Source of the DNA: Bacillota bacterium
Lineage (GTDB): Bacteria > Bacillota > SHA-98 > UBA4971
Direction: 5' to 3'
Assembly (NCBI GenBank): GCA_014360195.1
Contig: JACIXY010000002.1
Location: 5,986-69,985, forward strand
Length of the DNA: 64,000 nucleotides
In this document: positions 32,530-42,936 of the stretch, one piece after another
Layout: each line of letters opens with the position of its first letter
How positions within the stretch are numbered: position 1 is the stretch's first letter
Made by a program: the position numbers and the translations under genes
Notes under the pieces: generated by a model
Told to the model about the DNA's origin: nothing
What the model saw: only the letters and a program-made list of their open reading frames with translations
Databases searched by the model: none

Positions 32530-33885
32530 TCACCCGGCAAGCCCGAGGCTCCGTAGCATTATGGCAGTGGCTGCCTCCGGATGCGATCTTGCGAGCACAC
32601 CACATGACGCCATCACATAGTCCCGATCTATCGCGCATCTCGCGTCCGGCGGCGGAAGAAGCCGCATGTCCCCCCGTCGTCCCTTCACGGCTTCCAGTAT
32701 GCGCCAGCCTTCAGGCAGCCTCGTCGCGGCACCGCCTGTGCCGATGATCCACCTGACCCTTGTCAGATCCTTTCCCTCCGCCACCGTGATCCTGCCAAGC
32801 GGGCCATAGAGGTACCGAACACACCCCGCGTGGCGCAGGACGGCGATCCGTGCCGCCTCTATCGCAAGGGCGCGCGCAAGGCGCAGCCCCCTTTCCGTTG
32901 AAGGGACCGGCTCGAGCTCAGCCAGCGCCTCGGCCGGGTCGAAGCCGAGGTCCTGCACGAACCCCTCCCGGCTCACGAGGTCCACGATGTTACCGGCATT
33001 CACGAACACGCCGAGGTCGCCCTCGACGGTGCGCTTTGCGACAGGCTCCGGGCTTGTGAGGATCTTCGCGATCTGCTCGGACCCCTCGGTCACCGAGTGG
33101 ACGTCGGTGGTAGCGCCGCCCACGTCGATGACCACGAGGTCCCCTATCGCATCGTAGAGCAGCTTCGCCGCGGCCATCACGGCACCGGGCGTCGGCATGA
33201 TTCCCCCGTGCGCCATCTCCCGCACACGATCCATCCCTGGAGCGGTCACGATGTGCTCCTCGAAGACCCTCTGGATGGCACGCCTCGCAGGCTCGATGTT
33301 GAGGACGTCCACCCGGGGGTACACGTTCTCAACGACCGTGACCGCGATCCCGGCGCCCTCGAGAATGGCCCTCACCTCATCCTGAACAGCCCTGTTGCCG
33401 GCGTATATCACAGGGGCCTCCACGTGTGCGCCCGCGATGAGTCTCGCATTTTCAAGGACCGTCTCCCTCTCGCCGAAGTCCACGCCGCCCGCGAGAAGGA
33501 TGATGTTGGGGCGTATTGCCCGGAGCCTCGCGAGGTCAGCCTCGGACAGGTGCCCGGCGGTCACCATCTTGAGGACAGCCCCGGCCCCGAGCGCCGCCTC
33601 TTTGGCGGCCTTGACCGTCATGTCGTACACCAGCCCGTGGACGGTCATCCGAAGCCCGCCCGCCGCGCTGGACGTTGCAAGGAGCGTCCCGTATTCAACG
33701 CCCGCCGTTCCGAGAGCGCGCCCAAGGTCCTCGATGGCCCTCTCGAGACCCAGCCAGACGTCGCCTTCCTGCACAGTCGTGAGCGCCTTGCCCTGCCCCA
33801 GAAACATCGGGTTCGGGCCGTCCACCCCGTCGAAGGCGTTAACCAGGGTTGTGGTGCTGCCGATCTCGGCGACCAGGACGTCCAT
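32530..33885 (-). CDS. MutL/GlmL-like protein (putative chaperone/reactivase of B12-dependent mutases)
   Basis: 451 aa. The start MDVLVAEIGSTTT is translationally coupled to the oraE stop (TGATG overlap at 33885), giving an ASKHA/acetate-kinase-like fold start. Confidence 0.6.
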   Translation of the reverse strand: MDVLVAEIGSTTTLVNAFDGVDGPNPMFLGQGKALTTVQEGDVWLGLERAIEDLGRALGTAGVEYGTLLATSSAAGGLRMTVHGLVYDMTVKAAKEAALGAGAVLKMVTAGHLSEADLARLRAIRPNIILLAGGVDFGERETVLENARLIAGAHVEAPVIYAGNRAVQDEVRAILEGAGIAVTVVENVYPRVDVLNIEPARRAIQRVFEEHIVTAPGMDRVREMAHGGIMPTPGAVMAAAKLLYDAIGDLVVIDVGGATTDVHSVTEGSEQIAKILTSPEPVAKRTVEGDLGVFVNAGNIVDLVSREGFVQDLGFDPAEALAELEPVPSTERGLRLARALAIEAARIAVLRHAGCVRYLYGPLGRITVAEGKDLTRVRWIIGTGGAATRLPEGWRILEAVKGRRGDMRLLPPPDARCAIDRDYVMASCGVLARSHPEAATAIMLRSLGLAG

Positions 33886-36230
33886 CACCTGGCAGCCCCC
33901 ACACCTGGTTCTGCACCTGCGTCCGCCCCTGTGTCCGTGCCTCCCCTTGCCCTTGCTCCTGCGCCTGCGCCTTCGCCCTCGCCCGCGCCTGCTCCGGGTC
34001 CGGTTCCAGTTCCCGCCCCGGCCTCCTTCTCGCGAAGCTTTCGCACGAGGAAACTGGCCACATCTATGCCCCGAGTCCCCCTTCCGAACCCGGCGTCCAT
34101 CCCCGACTCCACCGCGATGTCCCACGTCACCTGGGTGCCTCCGGCGACCAGGAGCACCTTGTCGCGGATGCCCTTCTCGACGCACAGGTCGGCAAGTTTC
34201 TTCATGTTCATCCTGTGGACGTCAGCGTGGGTGATTATCGTGCTGATGAGGATGGCGTCGGCGCCCACCTCGATTGCCGCGTTCACCAGCTTCTCAACAG
34301 GACAGGACGTGCCGAGGTAGTGGCATTCGATGCCGAACCCCTCGATGCCGCCGTGCTTTATGTCTAGTATCTCCCGGAGGCCCACGGAGTGCTCGTCCTG
34401 GCCCACGGTGGCCGCAACCACTTTGACGCCCCGGTCCTTGACGAACCTCCTGATCTCGTCGGGCGAGAGGGTCTTCTGCTCCTCCGGGAGCTTGAGGCTC
34501 GCAAGCTCAATCCCGAAGGGTACCCTGCCCTTCACCTCGACCAGGGTCCCCTCCGCAGGGTGCATGACCTCCTTGTGGATGGCCTTCGGCTCCTCCAGGC
34601 CGAGCCTGCGCGCGGTCTCGAGCGCCGCGGCCTCCGCCCGGGCCTCGTCGAGAGGCCAGAACATGGTGATGGTCACGACCCGGTCTTGGGCCCACTCGAC
34701 CTCGGGATAAACCACGCCAGGCGGGCCAGCCTCGAGCACAGCCAGCCTGGACTCTACGTTGTCGGTCGGGTCAAGCTCGTCGATGTACACGATCTTCTCC
34801 GGGTTACACAGGGTGCACCCGCCGATGAGATTGCAGGGCCGGTCAGCCCTGGTTCCCTCAGGAAGGTGGTTTTCACCGAAGTGAGCGCAGACAGGTGCCA
34901 TGTAGTCCGGGTCGCGTGGCACTATGGTGCCCGCCGCCACGCCCCCCTCCGGATCCCGCGCTATACCGTCGCCGTTGCGCTCGGGGTACATCCCCGAGTC
35001 AACGAAGAACCCGCGCCGTACGGCCTCAAAGTACCCGCCGACATCGAGGATCTCCTCGAGGAACAGGACGGCGCGCTCTGTGATTTCACGCACCTTCCTT
35101 TCCAGCTCGCCCTCGGGGCTGTCGTCGAGTTTCACCATGTTACGCAGACCGTCGAGCCCCACCAGCACCTGCTTTGCAGTGTCCAGCGCCGCGATGTTGT
35201 TGTAGTGCCAGGGGACGTTCCGCCCTTCGTCAGGGGTGATGGTGCTCTGGATGTCCGCGCTCGTGAGCCTCGACAACATGAGATTTAGAGCATGGGTGAC
35301 CGTGGCCTCACGCGTGGAGGACTCGATGTACTTGGTGTTCATCTGCGCCCGGAACCTGTACCCTGCAAACAGCCTGCGAAGGGCCACGGCGTAGGGAAGG
35401 TCTAGGCGCATCTCCGGTGCGGGCGGCGCCGTCGGAGGAACGGTAGATAGACATATGTTCTCCTTCGCCATGCCCACCTTCACCGAGTACGCGCAGTTGA
35501 TGGCGTGCTGCACCATTAGCTCGGGCATGACCTTCCACGCCTCGCGCGCGGTGGCGTTCGCGTTGTGCGCCCCATCGATCTGTGCCATCCCCGCCCATTG
35601 CATCAGGGTCTTGGCCACCGCAGCGTCCACGAAAGACCTGTACATGTTGACGTTCCTGTAAAGGACGTTGTACTGCGGGTCCTGGTGGGCCCCGTTCACG
35701 CCTTCCTCGGCGAAGAGGACAGCGATCTCCGGGCCTGCGACCCCGCTCACGTACGAGTGGAAGTTGATTGGCCGCCCCACCTCGTCCTCGATGAGGTCGA
35801 GAGCCTTGCGCGTCGCGCGCACTTGCTTGCGCGTGATGGGGACCCCACCGACCCCTTCGGGCGTGCCCTCGATGAGCCCGTCGAAGTGGCTCTGGCCGGT
35901 GGTGCGAATGACCATTATGTGGTCCGCTCCGTGCCAGGCGGCCATCCTCATCCGCCTTATGTCGTCCTCGAAGCGGCCGGACGCGATCTCCGTGGTCACC
36001 ACCATCTCCGGCTGCGGGTCTATGCCGCCGAAGTGCTTGGCCGCAGGGAGCGGCACGGACTGCTCCAGGGGGCGCGATATCTGCCGGTACTCAAATGACC
36101 CCAGGCTCGTTCCCGGCGGCAGCTTCTCGCGCCAGGTCCAGCCGCGTCGCCTCGGCCTGTAATGCTCAAGATCCCGCAGGATTTCCCGCACATCCAGCTT
36201 CTCGTTGGGGCAAAGCTTCCTCCCGCCCAC
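33885..36230 (-). CDS. oraE: D-ornithine 4,5-aminomutase subunit E (PLP TIM barrel plus C-terminal B12-binding domain)
   Basis: 781 aa. The C-terminal cobalamin-binding DxHxxG motif (VGQDEHSVGLREI) is followed by a Gly/Ala/Glu low-complexity tail. Its size and architecture match OraE rather than the split KamD/KamE of lysine 5,6-aminomutase. Confidence 0.75.
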   Translation of the reverse strand: MGGRKLCPNEKLDVREILRDLEHYRPRRRGWTWREKLPPGTSLGSFEYRQISRPLEQSVPLPAAKHFGGIDPQPEMVVTTEIASGRFEDDIRRMRMAAWHGADHIMVIRTTGQSHFDGLIEGTPEGVGGVPITRKQVRATRKALDLIEDEVGRPINFHSYVSGVAGPEIAVLFAEEGVNGAHQDPQYNVLYRNVNMYRSFVDAAVAKTLMQWAGMAQIDGAHNANATAREAWKVMPELMVQHAINCAYSVKVGMAKENICLSTVPPTAPPAPEMRLDLPYAVALRRLFAGYRFRAQMNTKYIESSTREATVTHALNLMLSRLTSADIQSTITPDEGRNVPWHYNNIAALDTAKQVLVGLDGLRNMVKLDDSPEGELERKVREITERAVLFLEEILDVGGYFEAVRRGFFVDSGMYPERNGDGIARDPEGGVAAGTIVPRDPDYMAPVCAHFGENHLPEGTRADRPCNLIGGCTLCNPEKIVYIDELDPTDNVESRLAVLEAGPPGVVYPEVEWAQDRVVTITMFWPLDEARAEAAALETARRLGLEEPKAIHKEVMHPAEGTLVEVKGRVPFGIELASLKLPEEQKTLSPDEIRRFVKDRGVKVVAATVGQDEHSVGLREILDIKHGGIEGFGIECHYLGTSCPVEKLVNAAIEVGADAILISTIITHADVHRMNMKKLADLCVEKGIRDKVLLVAGGTQVTWDIAVESGMDAGFGRGTRGIDVASFLVRKLREKEAGAGTGTGPGAGAGEGEGAGAGARARGGTDTGADAGAEPGVGAAR

Positions 36231-36236
36231 CTCGTC

Positions 36237-36602
36237 TCACCTCCCGGCCCCGAAGAGGCCTGCCACCTCATCCCACATCCTGCCCTCGGCGAGGGCGACC
36301 CCCGCCTCGCGCACGCTCATCCCGCGGGCGCTGGCCAGCTTCCAGACCACATGGCCCGCACCCTTGCCGAGAAGGCCCTTCTCAACGCATTTATCGACGA
36401 TGGCCTTCGCCTCCAGGCTCGAAAACCCCATCCGCAGGAGCACAGACCTCTCAATGGAGGGGGACGTGTGGGTGCGCGCGAGATCCACCAGGGGCTGCAC
36501 CACCCTGTCGGCAAGCTCCCAAAAGTACCTTGCAAGCTCCTCATCGCTCATGCCGGCAAGATGCCGGCGCCTCTCCTCGAAATCATCCGGCCGCATCATC
36601 AC
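36237..36602 (-). CDS. oraS: D-ornithine 4,5-aminomutase subunit S
   Basis: 121 aa, the size and position expected for OraS immediately upstream of oraE. It overlaps the ortB stop by 4 nt. Confidence 0.65.
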   Translation of the reverse strand: MMMRPDDFEERRRHLAGMSDEELARYFWELADRVVQPLVDLARTHTSPSIERSVLLRMGFSSLEAKAIVDKCVEKGLLGKGAGHVVWKLASARGMSVREAGVALAEGRMWDEVAGLFGAGR

Positions 36603-38026
36603 CCTCGGCCCTCCCCTCCCTCAAGCTCGCGTATGGTCTCCTCGACAAACGCGACGGTGGAGTTTGTATCCTCAGCAAGGAACCTGATATCCTCAATTGA
36701 TATCTGCCGGCCTTTCGCGTGGGACAGGGCGTTTCGTATGTAGGACCTCCGTATGTCAACGAGGGGCACCTCCTTCACGCGGATCTGCGAGGGGTGCTCC
36801 GGTATGACTATCCGCTTCCCGGGCACGTTCTCACGGGGATCGCCGCGCATCACCTCGACTCCCATCTCTCGCGCGAATGAAAGCTGCGCGTACGGGTGCT
36901 TGCCGGCGCCCGTGTACTCGGTCTCCTGGACCACCACCACCTGGTCGCGATCCATCTCGCGCGCGATGGCGATGGCGGCGGCAAGAGACGTGTTTCCGGC
37001 GGGGCCTCGCTCCATGCCTTCCAGCTTCGCCAGCATCTCGGTAACGTAGAAGACCTCCCCCTGCGTCACGGTGACGTACCTGTCCATGTAGCGAAGGGGT
37101 CTCGCAGCGTTGCGAGGCACGTCCGCCCTATCGGGCCACGTCGCAAACGGAATGCCAAAGCCCGTGTGCCCGGTGGTGAACGATTTTCTGTTGAAGTCGG
37201 TGTCGCTCGCCATGTGAAGGCCGGTGAGGTCCACGCTCGCGGCGATGACCTGGGTGTGGCGGCATCCCGCCTTGCGGAGGCCGCGCGCCGTCCCGGTGAC
37301 ATTCCCGCCGCCCGCGTGGGTCACTATGACTGCGTCCGGGTACCGTCCCGTCGCTCGCAGCGTCTCCGTGCCCACTTCGTACCCAAGCGTCTCGATGCCG
37401 GCGATGCTGAACGGGGTGTAGAGGGACGCGTTGAAGAAACCCGTCTCCTCGAGGAGCCTCAGGAACACGTAAAAGAGCTCGGGCCCCACCGTAAGCTGGT
37501 GCACCTCGGCGCCGTACGCCTCGCACGCCCGTCCCTTCTCGATGATCTCCGGCTGGCCGCGGCCCTTCGAGTCGTACGTTTCCTGCACGATGATGCACTT
37601 GACGCCACGCTTGGCCGCTTGCGAAGCCACCGCTGCCCCATAATTGCCGCTCGTGGCGGCGATGACCCCGGGATAACCCTTGTTCTTCGCGCAGTATACC
37701 GACACAGACGCGCGCCTGTCTTTGAAGCTGCCCGAGGGGTTCGCCGACTCGTCCTTCACGAGGATGCGCGCGCCTCTACCGGGATCGGATATCCGGCGCA
37801 CCACCTCCGTGATGTTGCGGAGTTCGACGAGAGGCGTACGTCCGACGCTGGTCTCTTCCTGAATGGCGTGGATCTCCTCAAGCGTGTAACCGACCTCGTC
37901 CATCATCCCCTCGTAGTCAAAGGCGATGGCGCCGGTCTCGAACTTCTCGTAGTCGATCCCCACGGCTGACTTCATGATGTCGTGGCGCCTGGCCATGACC
38001 TCCGCGTAGCTTGTGCCGGATATCAT
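36599..38026 (-). CDS. ortB: 2-amino-4-ketopentanoate thiolase beta subunit (PLP-dependent, tryptophan-synthase-beta fold)
   Basis: 475 aa with a PLP-lysine region ESANPSGSFKDRRA and a glycine loop HAGGGNVTG. Confidence 0.7.
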   Translation of the reverse strand: MISGTSYAEVMARRHDIMKSAVGIDYEKFETGAIAFDYEGMMDEVGYTLEEIHAIQEETSVGRTPLVELRNITEVVRRISDPGRGARILVKDESANPSGSFKDRRASVSVYCAKNKGYPGVIAATSGNYGAAVASQAAKRGVKCIIVQETYDSKGRGQPEIIEKGRACEAYGAEVHQLTVGPELFYVFLRLLEETGFFNASLYTPFSIAGIETLGYEVGTETLRATGRYPDAVIVTHAGGGNVTGTARGLRKAGCRHTQVIAASVDLTGLHMASDTDFNRKSFTTGHTGFGIPFATWPDRADVPRNAARPLRYMDRYVTVTQGEVFYVTEMLAKLEGMERGPAGNTSLAAAIAIAREMDRDQVVVVQETEYTGAGKHPYAQLSFAREMGVEVMRGDPRENVPGKRIVIPEHPSQIRVKEVPLVDIRRSYIRNALSHAKGRQISIEDIRFLAEDTNSTVAFVEETIRELEGGEGRG

Positions 38027-38391
38027 GGTTCGTCACCTTCTCTGACCTCTTTGACCCCTCTTGCGCCCAGAAGGCGCCACAGCTCTTCGCCTATGTGCAG
38101 AAGCTCAGGCACGGGCCTTGCGAAGGAGTGCGGGTATGGAGGATTCACCGCGACGAGCTGCCCCTTCACCTTTCTACCCAGCACCGTCGTAATGGTCACC
38201 TCATCGCCGACGAATGCGTCGTGATCGAGGTAGCCCTTGATCCGTAGCTCCAGGGGGACTCTCTGGGTGTCCTCAGGTACTTGCGGGGCCCGTTCGCCCG
38301 GCTTCAGGATGATCGAGTGTATCTCTACGTACTCCCCGGCCCGGACGCGCTCCGCGCTTTCGGACCTTACCACGTCAAACACCTTCGCCAT
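38023..38391 (-). CDS. ortA: 2-amino-4-ketopentanoate thiolase alpha subunit
   Basis: About 122 aa from ATG 38391 (MAKVFDVV…) after GAGAGGGG. It overlaps the ortB start by 4 nt. Confidence 0.55.
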   Translation of the reverse strand: MAKVFDVVRSESAERVRAGEYVEIHSIILKPGERAPQVPEDTQRVPLELRIKGYLDHDAFVGDEVTITTVLGRKVKGQLVAVNPPYPHSFARPVPELLHIGEELWRLLGARGVKEVREGDEP

Positions 38392-39445
38392 CCCCTCTCG
38401 CTGCCCGCGCAAGCCTCGTCATGTCCCCCATCACGCATGCGGGCACAGGCAGGTCCTTCATGGTCACGAGGCCCGGCCTCGCCGCCACCACGTGCGGTAT
38501 CATGTTCACCGCGATGGCGATTGTGCCGACGCCCCCGGGAATCTCGGGCTTTATGGCGAGGTTCACCGGTGGGGTGCCCTCGATCCATATGTAGTCGCCG
38601 GTCTCGATCCCCTCGAGGCCCGGCAGCACCTGCTGCGGATGCTCGAGGGTGATTACCTCCTCGCCGTTCATGAAGGCATGGGCTGTGTGGTTACAGCCTG
38701 CAACCATCCCCGGCTTGACGTCAACGTGCGGCGTCTGGCGCCTGGTGCTGGAGATAATCGGCTCCCGAGTCTGGGTGATCTCGTCGAGCTTCCACCCGAG
38801 GGCGTCTGCGATCATGCCACACGACTGGACAAACCCTATGTGGCCAACGATCGTGCCTTTCGCCATACCTTCCCTGAACTCCTCAACGGTGGTGCCGACC
38901 CCTTGAGTCCTCATGACAGTCGGGCCGAAAGGAGAGAGGTCGTTGACCCGCCTCGCCCTCACCCTCTTGACGTCCGCGCAAATACCTGTGAGTGCGATGA
39001 TAAGGGTATCCAGGACAAACCCGGGGTTGATGCCGGTGCCGAGGATGCTCACCCCGTACTTGCGGGCAAGCTGGTCGATCTCCGCGGCAAGCTCCGGGTC
39101 GCTCTGCCGGAGGTAGGCCATTTCCTCCGCCACCGTGATGACGTTGGACCCTGCGGCCATGGCTGCGTCAAGCTGCGGGTAGATCTCTCTCGCAAACGAC
39201 GAGGTGGCATGAAGCACCACGTCAGCCCCTGCCTCGAGCGCCTCCTCTGGGTTGTTTGTGACCCGCACGCCGATCTCACGCCCCACCCCGAGCACCTCCC
39301 CGAGGTCGCGTCCGGCTTTCTCGGGCCTCGTGGCAATCGCCCCAACGATCCTGACCCCTTTCCGCTCCAGCAGCACCTTCGCCATGCCGGAGCCCATCGC
39401 ACCGAGCCCCCAACATACCACTGTGATCTCGTCCACTGCCATCAC
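38375..39445 (-). CDS. ord: 2,4-diaminopentanoate dehydrogenase (DapB-like NAD(P) Rossmann fold)
   Basis: 356 aa. The N-terminus ITVVCWGLGAMGSGMAKVLLE is DapB/Ord-like, and it is the first gene of the cluster. Confidence 0.65.
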   Translation of the reverse strand: MMAVDEITVVCWGLGAMGSGMAKVLLERKGVRIVGAIATRPEKAGRDLGEVLGVGREIGVRVTNNPEEALEAGADVVLHATSSFAREIYPQLDAAMAAGSNVITVAEEMAYLRQSDPELAAEIDQLARKYGVSILGTGINPGFVLDTLIIALTGICADVKRVRARRVNDLSPFGPTVMRTQGVGTTVEEFREGMAKGTIVGHIGFVQSCGMIADALGWKLDEITQTREPIISSTRRQTPHVDVKPGMVAGCNHTAHAFMNGEEVITLEHPQQVLPGLEGIETGDYIWIEGTPPVNLAIKPEIPGGVGTIAIAVNMIPHVVAARPGLVTMKDLPVPACVMGDMTRLARAARGDGEGV

Positions 39446-39742
39446 TCTCCCTGCATAGTTCCTGGCGAGCCGTACAGCACCATGTTAGCCGCCGAGATTC
39501 GTTGACCGCATAGCCCACCGGACCGCGCGAGCGGACGCACGCCAAAGCACCTGGTCGACACCTCGCGGCTCAGGATAGGACGTATGCAGTGGTGTATATT
39601 TATGCACTCAATGCATACGCCTGGGCGAAAAATGTGCCGCCTCCCCCACTTCAGATGTTTGGCAGCCTGTCGCAGTTAGGTTCTGTAGTTCTCATCACAG
39701 TATTCTACTCACGAAGCAGGATTCCTGCCTCACCAGCTCAGA

Positions 39743-39850
39743 GCGCAGAAATGCTCCCGGCTATTGGAAAAGGTTGCCGGTCACTCAAAGAGAGACTAAC
39801 AAGAGAGGGCACCTGGCTGCCGGACAACCGCTTGCGGAGGAATTGCGGAA
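39743..39850 (+). repeat. MITE-like repeat copy (left module conserved, right half divergent)
   Basis: GCAGAAATGCTCCCGGCTATTGGAAAAGGTTGCCGGTCACTCAAAGAGAGA, then a divergent arm ending CCGGACAACC that can still pair with GGTTGCCGG. Confidence 0.55.
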
Positions 39851-39878
39851 GACAGGTCCCTGTCTGCGTACGTGAAAC

Positions 39879-39912
39879 GGACCACCCATGCACGGGTGGT
39901 CCATTCATTTTA
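39879..39912. terminator. perfect 9-bp hairpin GGACCACCC-ATGCAC-GGGTGGTCC flanked by a U-rich run; likely a bidirectional terminator for lon and/or the repeat-derived transcript
   Basis: It lies 47 nt downstream of the lon stop. The + strand follows with ATTCATTTTA, and the minus strand follows with GTTTCAC. Confidence 0.35.
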
Positions 39913-39958
39913 GCGAGACCGGACTTCTGCCACACTTGCGGTTCGATCGGGCACTCCC

Positions 39959-42427
39959 CTACTGGCAGGACCCGTAATAAATCTGGTTCGGCACCGGGGC
40001 GGGCGGACCGTCGTGGACGATGGCCGGGAGCGCCCTCTCGTCCTCATCATCTGTGTTCCGCTCACCCCCGCACAGCTCCTCCCGGCGCTGCAGAGCAACC
40101 TCGAGGACCTCATCCATGTGGTCCACGAACACCAGCTTCATGCTATCGAGGACGCTCCTCGGAATCTCCTCGATGTCCTTCCGGTTTTCACCGGGGAGCA
40201 CCACCGTGAAGACGCCCGCCCGATGCGCCGCGACGATCTTCTCCTTGACGCCGCCCACGGGCAGGACCCTGCCCCGCAGAGTGATCTCGCCGGTCATAGC
40301 GATATCGCACCTCACCGGCCTGCCCGAGAGGGCGGATGCGAGGGCGGTCGCCATTGCGATCCCTGCGGACGGCCCGTCCTTGGGTATAGCACCCTCAGGC
40401 ACGTGGATGTGCACATCCCGATCTTGATAGAAGTTGGGGTCGATCCCGAGTTCGTCCGCGCGGGACCTGATGTACGTGAACCCGGCCTGCGCGGATTCCT
40501 TCATCACGTCCCCCAGCTTTCCGGTGAGCGTGAGCTTCCCGGTACCCTTCATCACCGAGACCTCGATGGCCAGGATGTCCCCGCCCACCTCGGTGACGGC
40601 AAGCCCGGTCGCGACGCCGACCCTGTCCTCGGACTCCGCGACACCGTAGCGGTATTGCGGTATCCCGAGGTATCCTTCGATGTCCGCGGAGTCCACGACC
40701 ACGCGAGACGCATCGGCGCCGGCCGACTCGCTCACCACCTTCTTTGCGATCTTCCGCAGTATCGAGGAGATCTCTCGTTCGAGGCCGCGCACCCCTGCCT
40801 CGCGGGTATACTGCCTGATGATGGTCCTTATGGCACCCTCTGTGAACTCGATGTCATACCGCTCGAGGCCGTTTTCCTTTATCTGCTTCGGCACGAGGAA
40901 GTGGAGGCCGATCTGAACCTTCTCTTCCTCGGTGTAGCCCGGTATTGCGATGATCTCCATACGATCTGCAAGGGGCTTGGGGATCGCATGCAACACGTTC
41001 GCAGTTGTGATGAACATGACGTCCGACAGGTCGAACGGGATCTCGATATAATGGTCGCCGAACGCAGCGTTCTGCTCCGGGTCAAGCACCTCGAGAAGCG
41101 CCGACGACGGGTCTCCCCGGAAGTCATAGCTCATCTTATCTACCTCGTCGAGGAGGATGACCGGGTTCTTCGAGCCGGCCTGTCGCATGGCCTGGATGAT
41201 CTTGCCTGGAAGCGCGCCCACGTATGTGCGGCGATGCCCTCGGATCTCGGCCTCATCCCTCACTCCGCCCAGCGAAAACCTGACGAACTTCCTGTCGAGC
41301 GCCCGCGCTATGGACTTGCCGAGCGAGGTCTTTCCCACGCCGGGGGGACCCACGAGACACAGGATCGGGCCCTTGAGCTTACTCGTAAGCTGACGCACGG
41401 CCAGAAACTCGAGGATGCGTTCCTTGACCTTCTCAAGGCCGTAGTGGTCCTCGTCGAGAACCCTGGCCGCGGCCTCGATGTCGAGGCGGTCCTGGGTCTT
41501 GTACGTCCATGGCAGGGCTAGAAGCCAGTCAAGGTAAGTCCTGACCACAACCGCCTCCGCCGCCATGGGGGGCATCTTTTCGAGCCGCTCCACCTCACGA
41601 AGCGCCCGCTCTTCGACCTCCTTCGGAAGCCTGGCTGCAGCGATCTTCTCCCGGTACTCCTCGCCCTCCTGGGACCTGTCGTCCCTCTCGCCAAGCTCCT
41701 TCTGTATGGCCTTCATCTGCTCGCGCAGGTAGTACTCCTTCTGAGTCCTTTCCATCTGCTTTCGCACGCGCGAGTTGATCTTCTTCTCAAGCTCGAGGAT
41801 CTCCATTTCCTTGAGGAGAATAGCGCACAGCCTCTCAAGCCTGAGTCTGGGCGACGCGGCCTCCAGCACCTTCTGCTTATCCTCGGTACGCAGGGGCAGA
41901 TGGGCGGCGATGTCGTCCGCGAGTCTCCCGGGGTCTTCTATAGCCTGAACGGATGCTAGGACCTCGGTGGGGATCTTCTTCCCGAGCCTGACGTAGGACT
42001 CGAAGTATCCAAGGACGCTGCGCATAAGCGCCTCGGTTTCCTTCGTCATGCGCTCCGAGACCTCCACGGGCTCGACCCTGACCTTATAGAACGGATCGAC
42101 CTGGACGTACTCGGCGATCCTCGCTCGCTGGACACCCTCAACAAGCACCCTGATGGTGCCATCAGGGTACCTCGCAAGCTGCTTCACCTCGGAGATCGTG
42201 CCGACCTCATGGATCTCCTTCGGCGTCGGCTCGTTCACTTTTGCCTGCTTCTGCGCGGCAAGCAGAATGAGCCTGTCGTTCATCATTGCGTCTTCGAGCG
42301 CGGCGACGGACCTGTCTCTGCCCACGTCGAGGGGAACCGTCATGTAAGGGAACACGATCACGCCACGCAACGGAAGGAGAGGTACCAGGTCTTTCGTTCT
42401 TGCTGCTTTGGCTTCTTCCTTCGGCAT
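39959..42427 (-). CDS. lon: ATP-dependent protease La (LonA)
   Basis: 822 aa with a Lon N-domain, Walker [10 protein letters not shown] and a catalytic PKDGPSAG serine motif. Confidence 0.9.
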   Translation of the reverse strand: MPKEEAKAARTKDLVPLLPLRGVIVFPYMTVPLDVGRDRSVAALEDAMMNDRLILLAAQKQAKVNEPTPKEIHEVGTISEVKQLARYPDGTIRVLVEGVQRARIAEYVQVDPFYKVRVEPVEVSERMTKETEALMRSVLGYFESYVRLGKKIPTEVLASVQAIEDPGRLADDIAAHLPLRTEDKQKVLEAASPRLRLERLCAILLKEMEILELEKKINSRVRKQMERTQKEYYLREQMKAIQKELGERDDRSQEGEEYREKIAAARLPKEVEERALREVERLEKMPPMAAEAVVVRTYLDWLLALPWTYKTQDRLDIEAAARVLDEDHYGLEKVKERILEFLAVRQLTSKLKGPILCLVGPPGVGKTSLGKSIARALDRKFVRFSLGGVRDEAEIRGHRRTYVGALPGKIIQAMRQAGSKNPVILLDEVDKMSYDFRGDPSSALLEVLDPEQNAAFGDHYIEIPFDLSDVMFITTANVLHAIPKPLADRMEIIAIPGYTEEEKVQIGLHFLVPKQIKENGLERYDIEFTEGAIRTIIRQYTREAGVRGLEREISSILRKIAKKVVSESAGADASRVVVDSADIEGYLGIPQYRYGVAESEDRVGVATGLAVTEVGGDILAIEVSVMKGTGKLTLTGKLGDVMKESAQAGFTYIRSRADELGIDPNFYQDRDVHIHVPEGAIPKDGPSAGIAMATALASALSGRPVRCDIAMTGEITLRGRVLPVGGVKEKIVAAHRAGVFTVVLPGENRKDIEEIPRSVLDSMKLVFVDHMDEVLEVALQRREELCGGERNTDDEDERALPAIVHDGPPAPVPNQIYYGSCQ

Positions 42428-42816
42428 GCTGCATTTGCACCTCCTCGGCTACTCCGGCGGACTCGTCCGCGCTCCACACTGCGAACCGCGCCGCACGCTC
42501 CACCCGGATCCGCGGCAGGTTACGGCCAAGCACGCTGCTGTCACTAGTCAGTGTATTCGGCCCGGCCTGTCCGATTCCTGCCCTCGACTCAAGGGACATG
42601 GGCGCCCCGCACCCCGCCCTCGCCTTCGGGTCCCCTCGGTTCACGATACACTACGCCTCATAGCGCAGGTGTGGTCAATCGGCAGCGTACAGTGGCAGGC
42701 AGAACGTAACGATGAAAAAACAAGGAAAGCCTCGCCTCACAGGCAAGGCTATCACACGGGTCGGTATTATGTCAACGTACGCGGACTGTCAATTTCTGTC
42801 GCGAAGAGGAGGCACC

Positions 42817-42936
42817 GAGTGGGGTGCAGAAATGCTTCCACCTATTGGAATGGGTTGCCGGTGACTCAAAGAGAGAGTGCAACACCGGCAACCCGGCAGC
42901 TACCGGAAATGGAGCAAGGGCTAACGCACCCTCACT
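42817..42936 (+). repeat. full-length MITE-like repeat copy (type A) with ~11-bp terminal inverted repeats
   Basis: GAGTGGGGTGCAGAAATGCTTCC…GGGTTGCCGGTGACTCAAAGAGAGAGTGCAACACCGGCAACCC…CTAACGCACCCTCACT. The termini GTGGGGTGC / GCACCCTCAC are inverted repeats. Confidence 0.65.

Noticed and set aside
32530-34185. 551-aa extended form of the mutL-like ORF and 494-aa form of the P-loop ORF
   Set aside because: The 5' extensions are Arg/Gly-rich junk overlapping the upstream genes. Internal starts are translationally coupled (TGATG at 33885) or have good ribosome-binding sites.
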